Assembly (NCBI GenBank): GCA_001773575.1
Contig: MEXB01000008.1
Location: 2,141 to 66,140, forward strand
Reading direction: 5' to 3'
Source of the DNA: Candidatus Adlerbacteria bacterium RIFOXYC1_FULL_48_26
GTDB taxonomy: Bacteria > Patescibacteriota > Minisyncoccia > Phycocordibacterales > SBAW01
Length of the DNA: 64,000 nucleotides
The notes below the pieces were generated by a model that was not told the DNA's origin, did no database searches, and was given only the letters and a program-made list of their open reading frames with translations. Both the position numbers and the translations under genes were made by a program. The first letter of the stretch is position 1. The number at the start of each line of letters is the position of its first letter. This document shows positions 59,529-64,000 of the stretch, one piece after another.

Positions 59529-60422
59529 ATGACCTTTGCGATTTTAATGTCGCTCATTACTCTCGGGTTGTACTGCGTACAACAACTGGGTGTCACTTTT
59601 GCTGTCGGTGCTGAGACAGTAATGCTTGTTGCATATCTCCAATCAGTTCGTGATGGTGTTGTTGATGAAGAAGAAAAAGGATTTGCTCGTGCCGTACGAA
59701 GCGTTAAGGATTTCGGTTTGTTTTTCATCATCCTCTCTGGAGGCGCTATTTTTGCCAATCAATTTTTTACTGGACAACTTACTGAGTTCCTTTCTATCAC
59801 AGTGCTTTTCAAATGGAGCTTGATAGGCATCGTGCTTTTTATGTCGCTTATTGTGCGCGGACCGTCTCTTGTGGCGGGATTGTTGCAAGGACTTTCTGCA
59901 GCAACGTGGTATGCGCTGTTCGCGGTGCACATTTTGGCACCTGAAGCGCCGTGGGAACAGCTCGTTACGTTCTACGCAGTATGGTTGGTTGGATTCTCTC
60001 TATGTTGGACCATTATTGTGTTTGCACTGAAAGGTAAAAAGCCTGCCTATGTTGCAAGCCCGATAAACGCTGTATCAAAAGCTGCTGTGGTCATTACTCC
60101 TGATAGGGTAAAGCCTGTATTTAAACCTGCACCTCAACCTGTTGTTGCTCCGGCACCCGTGGTGGCATTTGTTCCGCCGGTGACAGTTACTATGCCAAAG
60201 CAGGAAATACCTGTTGCGCCGAAACCTTCAATACCAACTCCTCCTGTGCCACAACCAGCACCTGTGGCAGCAACAATGCCTCCGCCACCTCCTGTGCCAC
60301 CACCACCGCCGCCAAAAGTTTCAGTACCGGCCCCCGCAGCACCTCCGCCACCAGCTTCATGGTTGCATGTAATGCCACGCACACCTCAAGAGCTCGCGGA
60401 ACGAAAAACACAAACGCCTTAA
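59529..60422 (+). CDS. Polytopic membrane protein with a ~110-aa proline-rich C-terminal tail
   Basis: Six or more TM helices, then PAPQPVVAPAPVV...PPPPPVPPPPPPKVSVPAPAAPPPP low-complexity tail. Confidence 0.5.
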   Translation: MTFAILMSLITLGLYCVQQLGVTFAVGAETVMLVAYLQSVRDGVVDEEEKGFARAVRSVKDFGLFFIILSGGAIFANQFFTGQLTEFLSITVLFKWSLIGIVLFMSLIVRGPSLVAGLLQGLSAATWYALFAVHILAPEAPWEQLVTFYAVWLVGFSLCWTIIVFALKGKKPAYVASPINAVSKAAVVITPDRVKPVFKPAPQPVVAPAPVVAFVPPVTVTMPKQEIPVAPKPSIPTPPVPQPAPVAATMPPPPPVPPPPPPKVSVPAPAAPPPPASWLHVMPRTPQELAERKTQTP

Positions 60423-60423
60423 T

Positions 60424-61038
60424 ATGTATTTCTTCAAAGACTCGCCAAAAAAGAAGATAGTTATCTTGCTCGGCCATCCCGACACGTCACAAACGCTGTG
60501 TGGCGAACTCGCGTTGTTATACGAGAGCGCTGCAAAGAAAGCTGGTCACGAAGTGCGACGCTTTAGCATTGGTGATATGAACTTTGATCCAATTTTGCAC
60601 AAAGGATATAAAGCTATTCAACAACTTGAGCCGGATCTTATAAAATTTCAAGACGCTGTTCGTTGGAGTAACCACTTTGTCGTTATCTATCCTAACTGGT
60701 GGTGCACCATGCCAGCCTTACTCAAAGGGTTGTTCGACCGTGTCTGGATGCCAGGTTTTTGTTTTCATATGATTAAGAATGCAGAAGGGAAACAAACAAT
60801 GGGTTGGCATAAATTACTGAAGGGCAGGACAGCTCGAGTGATTGTTACCTCCGGCACCCACCCAGTTCTTATCTATTTATTTTTCGGTGACTATACAAAC
60901 GAGATAAAGAGAGGGATTTTATGGTTTGCTGGGTTTAAAACCAAGCTCACTAAGTTCGGCCCTGCAGAGCATGCGCCAGAATGGAAGCTTAATGAGTGGC
61001 GACGTAAGGTCGTGCGGCTAGGGAAGTTGGGGGAATAG
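60424..61038 (+). CDS. Flavodoxin-like fold NAD(P)H-dependent oxidoreductase (Flavodoxin_2 / NQO-like, cf. KefF/MdaB family)
   Basis: KIVILLGHP....T, ..YPNWW..MPALLKG.FDRV. pattern typical of the family. Confidence 0.65.
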   Translation: MYFFKDSPKKKIVILLGHPDTSQTLCGELALLYESAAKKAGHEVRRFSIGDMNFDPILHKGYKAIQQLEPDLIKFQDAVRWSNHFVVIYPNWWCTMPALLKGLFDRVWMPGFCFHMIKNAEGKQTMGWHKLLKGRTARVIVTSGTHPVLIYLFFGDYTNEIKRGILWFAGFKTKLTKFGPAEHAPEWKLNEWRRKVVRLGKLGE

Positions 61039-61145
61039 CCACTCGACAAATCTCTTTTTCGTGTAATACTTGCCCTCGTTGTGCTCTTTCACATGTGCGC
61101 AGCGTCTGTTAACTTTTCAAAACTATTTCCCCTGAGGAGATGCTC

Positions 61146-61880
61146 ATGATTAGGGTATTAGGCGTAGCTGCCTTTGTTCTGCTGTTCTTGGCAGGATGTG
61201 TCAGCGATGGTGGTGGTCCTGTAACAAGCTCCGCCTACGGACCAGCCGTCGTGGAATCCTGCGGTGGCGATGATGAATGCGCTGTGATGGTCGCCGACCG
61301 TCCCAACGAGGTGCTCTACTTCGCGCCCGGTGCGTCGTGGGCCGCCGGCCCGCTCTACACCGTTCCGTGGGAGCCAACCTACATGCTTCCGTACCGCGTC
61401 CGCTACTACAATGGCTGGGGCGGTACTGTCGTGACCAACACGGTCTGGCGCGATGTCGCCGTTCGTCGGGGCTGGAATCGCTCCGTCGTCGTCGCGCATA
61501 ATGCTCCGAGGGGTGTCATGCCGTTCCGCGGCAACCCCTCGATACGTTTGTCGGACGGTCGTTCGATCGCCTACAACAATCGTCACAGCGCCGTCCACCA
61601 GGTTCGTTTGAACCAGGGTCGCAATTTCACGCCGCGTCCTCCGGTTCACGCTGGTGTGACGCCGCGGCACACAGCTCCGCCGCAGCACACGCGGCCGCCG
61701 CAGCATACGACCCCGTCTCGGCCGCCGACGCGTACGACGGCTCCGCCTTCGCGGCCTCCGCCGCGTGCAACGCCTCCACAACGTCCGCCGCAGCACGTCA
61801 CCACGCCACGTCCTGCTCCTCGGCCGGCCCCGCCGCCTCAGCGTCGCAACTGCGGTGGGCACAACCAGCCCAAGTGCTGA
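61146..61880 (+). CDS. Lipoprotein (lipobox LAGC) with Pro/Thr/Arg-rich repetitive C-terminal half; very GC-rich
   Basis: GAGGAG RBS 6 nt upstream of the second ATG. MIRVLGVAAFVLLFLAGC. The Arg-rich antisense ORF 61158-61862 was rejected as a GC artefact. Confidence 0.45.
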   Translation: MIRVLGVAAFVLLFLAGCVSDGGGPVTSSAYGPAVVESCGGDDECAVMVADRPNEVLYFAPGASWAAGPLYTVPWEPTYMLPYRVRYYNGWGGTVVTNTVWRDVAVRRGWNRSVVVAHNAPRGVMPFRGNPSIRLSDGRSIAYNNRHSAVHQVRLNQGRNFTPRPPVHAGVTPRHTAPPQHTRPPQHTTPSRPPTRTTAPPSRPPPRATPPQRPPQHVTTPRPAPRPAPPPQRRNCGGHNQPKC

Positions 61881-61991
61881 GCAGGCAATCTAACATCCGC
61901 TACAAAGCGCGCTCCAAAAGGGTGCGCTTTTTCTTTTCATAGACTCAACATTATCGGTATTGTATAGTGTGGCCGGAAAGGAGTTCGTCTC

Positions 61992-62264
61992 ATGAATCTC
62001 AAATCGTGTATCGCTATTGCGACTGCTGCGCTGTCTGTTGCTGCGTGCGAGGTACGGCCTCTCTACCAGCCGCCGATAGTCGAAGTCCCCGGCGACTACT
62101 ACTATCCGTACAACTGCTACGAGTTCGGGTGCGCGCGTCGTGTCGTCGTGGTCAGTGGTCGCCGAGGCTACTACATCGGACCGAGGTTCTACCCGTATGT
62201 CGGGCCGGTCTACTATCACGGCTACGGCCCCTGGCGCCGGCCCGTGCGTATCTACTACGGCTGA
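61992..62264 (+). CDS. Small lipoprotein (lipobox LSVAAC), Tyr/Pro/Gly-rich; GC-rich
   Basis: AAGGAG RBS 9 nt upstream. MNLKSCIAIATAALSVAAC... rich in YY/PY. Confidence 0.45.
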   Translation: MNLKSCIAIATAALSVAACEVRPLYQPPIVEVPGDYYYPYNCYEFGCARRVVVVSGRRGYYIGPRFYPYVGPVYYHGYGPWRRPVRIYYG

Positions 62265-62335
62265 AGTTCACTAACCGCCTGAGCCATGTGTTCGGGCGGT
62301 TTTCCTTTTGTTACATAGCTTGTTATAGTCTCTCA

Positions 62336-63436
62336 ATGGGTTTATCTATAGGAATCGTAGGGCTCCCCAACGTGGGGAAGTCCACTCTCTTTAATGCACT
62401 TACTAAGAAGAGTGTCTTGGCAGCTAACTATCCGTTTGCAACTATTGATCCTTCAGTTGGGGTTGTGTCCGTTCCTGACGAACGCGTAGACAAGCTTGCT
62501 GAATTCTCAAACTCTGAAAAGAAAGTTCCTGCTGCTATTGAGTTCGTCGATATTGCAGGGTTGGTAAAGGGCGCCTCAGAAGGTGAAGGTTTGGGTAACA
62601 AATTCCTTTCACATATCCGTGAAGTTGATGCCATCGCCCATGTGGTGCGTATTTTCGATAACACCAATATCATGCACGTAGATGGGGAAGTGAACCCTCT
62701 TCGCGATATTGAAACCATCAACCTCGAACTTATTTTGGCCGACTTGGAAACTGTACAGAAGCGCCTTGAGTCTGTGACGCGTGATGTTAAGCAGGGCAAG
62801 AAAGAGGCGATACTTGAAGAGGGGGCTATACAAAAAGCATTTGCGCTCCTCCAAGAAAGCAGAATGGCAAGTGAGGGTGAATATACACAGGAAGAGCGCA
62901 ATGCTTTGAAAGGTTTGCACTTGCTCACAATGAAGCCAATGCTCTATGTGCTAAACAAAGAAGCGGGTGGGCATAACCTCGATGAATTGAATGACGGCCG
63001 TTTCGAACGCCTCCAAGAATTTATCGACACAAGTGCCGCGTCATATGTTGTTGTTGATGCGAATGTTGAAAGCGAGCTTCGTGAACTCCACGCTGATGAC
63101 AAAACTTCGTTCCGTCAGGAATACGGAGTGTTTGATGATGGCGTAGATGCACTTATTAAAGCGGGGTACCAGTTGCTCGGTCTTATGAGCTTCTTTACTA
63201 CCGGCCCTGGCGAAACTCATGCATGGACTATTCCTGTTGGCTCCACCGCACCAGAAGCAGGGGCTGCTATCCATACAGACTTTTTCAATAAGTTTATTCG
63301 TGCAGAAGTAATCGGCTGGGATACGCTGATTGAGGCCGGTTCTTACCCCAAAGCACGCGAAAAGGGTCTTGTTCGTACAGAAGGCAAAGAATACATAGTT
63401 AAAAACGGAGACATTATCGAATTCTTACATAGCTAA
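62336..63436 (+). CDS. ychF: Ribosome-binding ATPase YchF (Obg-family GTPase-like)
   Basis: G1 GIVGLPNVGKSTLFNALT, G3 DIAGLV.GAS.GEGLGN.FL..IR, C-terminal TGS domain. The ORF-track upstream extension through the GC-rich islet was rejected. Confidence 0.9.
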   Translation: MGLSIGIVGLPNVGKSTLFNALTKKSVLAANYPFATIDPSVGVVSVPDERVDKLAEFSNSEKKVPAAIEFVDIAGLVKGASEGEGLGNKFLSHIREVDAIAHVVRIFDNTNIMHVDGEVNPLRDIETINLELILADLETVQKRLESVTRDVKQGKKEAILEEGAIQKAFALLQESRMASEGEYTQEERNALKGLHLLTMKPMLYVLNKEAGGHNLDELNDGRFERLQEFIDTSAASYVVVDANVESELRELHADDKTSFRQEYGVFDDGVDALIKAGYQLLGLMSFFTTGPGETHAWTIPVGSTAPEAGAAIHTDFFNKFIRAEVIGWDTLIEAGSYPKAREKGLVRTEGKEYIVKNGDIIEFLHS

Positions 63437-63455
63437 AAAGTGGTAGAATCTACCT

Positions 63456-64000
63456 ATGAATAAAACAACCCCAAAAGACTTCTTTCTCTGGGCGGGCGCA
63501 ATGGTCGCCCTCTTCGCAAGCATCGGTGCGTTTATAGGATTGGTGTTTGATTACATAAACTACGCCTTTCCAGATCCTCTCGCATATTACGCAAGCAACC
63601 CATATCAAAGCGGCGTGGCGTACGAAATGTCATCGCTTATTATTCTCGGCGCAGTGTGCATTATATTGATGCGCGTCATCCACAGCACTATCCAGAAAGA
63701 TCCAACTCGTGCAGACATCTGGGTTCGTCGCTGGGCACTGTTCCTTACGCTCTTCGTAGCCGGTGCAGCTATCGCAATTGACCTTATCGTTCTCCTCACT
63801 ACATTCTTGAATGGTGAAGAGCTCTCAGTTCGTTTCCTCTTAAAGGTTGCTGTTGTATTACTTGTCGCAGCGGCAGGCTTTATGCATTTCTGGGCAGACC
63901 TTCGTGGCTACTGGACCGCAAATCCAAAACTCTCAATGCGCGTAAGTATTGCTGTCGGCGTACTCGTTGTTGCAACTATCGTTTCAGGATTCTTTATCCT
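63456..64000 (+). CDS. Hypothetical polytopic membrane protein, 3' end beyond the window
   Basis: ATG at 63456 after ychF. Five or more TM helices. No stop before the window end. Confidence 0.4.
   Translation, partial: MNKTTPKDFFLWAGAMVALFASIGAFIGLVFDYINYAFPDPLAYYASNPYQSGVAYEMSSLIILGAVCIILMRVIHSTIQKDPTRADIWVRRWALFLTLFVAGAAIAIDLIVLLTTFLNGEELSVRFLLKVAVVLLVAAAGFMHFWADLRGYWTANPKLSMRVSIAVGVLVVATIVSGFFI

Noticed and set aside
61158-61862. 234-aa minus-strand Arg-rich ORF
   Set aside because: Typical antisense artefact in very GC-rich DNA (RRRGRPRSR... composition). The plus-strand ORF has an RBS, a lipoprotein signal and a lipobox.
61967-62335. ORF-track 5' extension of ychF (123 extra codons)
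   Set aside because: The extension runs through the GC-rich lipoprotein islet in another gene's territory. The YchF G1 motif begins right after the internal Met at 62336.

Overview
This is a 64 kb chromosomal window with compact, mostly single-strand-oriented gene packing, many short forms of core proteins, GC of roughly 45-50 % by eye, and several short patches that are visibly more GC-rich. These traits are consistent with a reduced, possibly Patescibacteria/CPR-like genome, but that is inference only.

Most of the window is housekeeping:
- rpmG, miaA, pyrF, parB, rel, topA, dprA, serS
- dus, a short dnaX, tgt, uvrB-uvrA-(inserted ORF)-uvrC, ddl
- typA, rarA, msrA, ychF, PPIases, a type IV pilin, LemA/TPM
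- an ABC-F ATPase and a complete F1Fo ATP synthase operon atpBEFHAGDC (the order is seen directly; delta and epsilon are unusually short)
- five tRNAs: Trp-CCA, Leu-CAA, Gln-TTG, Ala-TGC with the G3:U70 pair, all read from the sequence

The non-housekeeping signals are:
1. An IS200-like HUH tyrosine transposase of the REP-associated (RAYT) type at 31817-32410. It sits between two inverted copies of a ~48-nt repeat family, each carrying the perfect palindrome GGGGTCAGACCCC plus a second imperfect hairpin module. Two further copies lie at 33002 and 52321. One of them helps frame an AT-rich cargo ORF, and one sits inside a GC-rich islet next to tRNA-Ala.
2. A three-gene module on the minus strand (34753-37470): a polytopic membrane domain fused to an FNR-like FAD/NAD(P)-binding domain, an ApbE flavin transferase, and a membrane-anchored FMN-binding protein carrying the D-x-x-S-G-A-T flavinylation motif. 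It looks like an extracytoplasmic flavin electron-transfer system.
3. Several short GC-rich islets that interrupt housekeeping synteny and encode compact units:
   - a stand-alone IMP-cyclohydrolase domain next to tRNA-Trp
   - pyrF
   - an orphan receiver domain
   - an ORF wedged between uvrA and uvrC, with a TTG start, AGGAGG RBS and its own terminator
   - a tRNA-Ala-adjacent cassette with a consensus promoter that overlaps a perfect 12-bp inverted-repeat operator, an 87-aa ORF, a terminator, a REP copy and three small lipo/secreted proteins
   - a very GC-rich pair of Pro/Tyr-rich lipoproteins just upstream of ychF

No CRISPR array, rRNA or integrase was seen.
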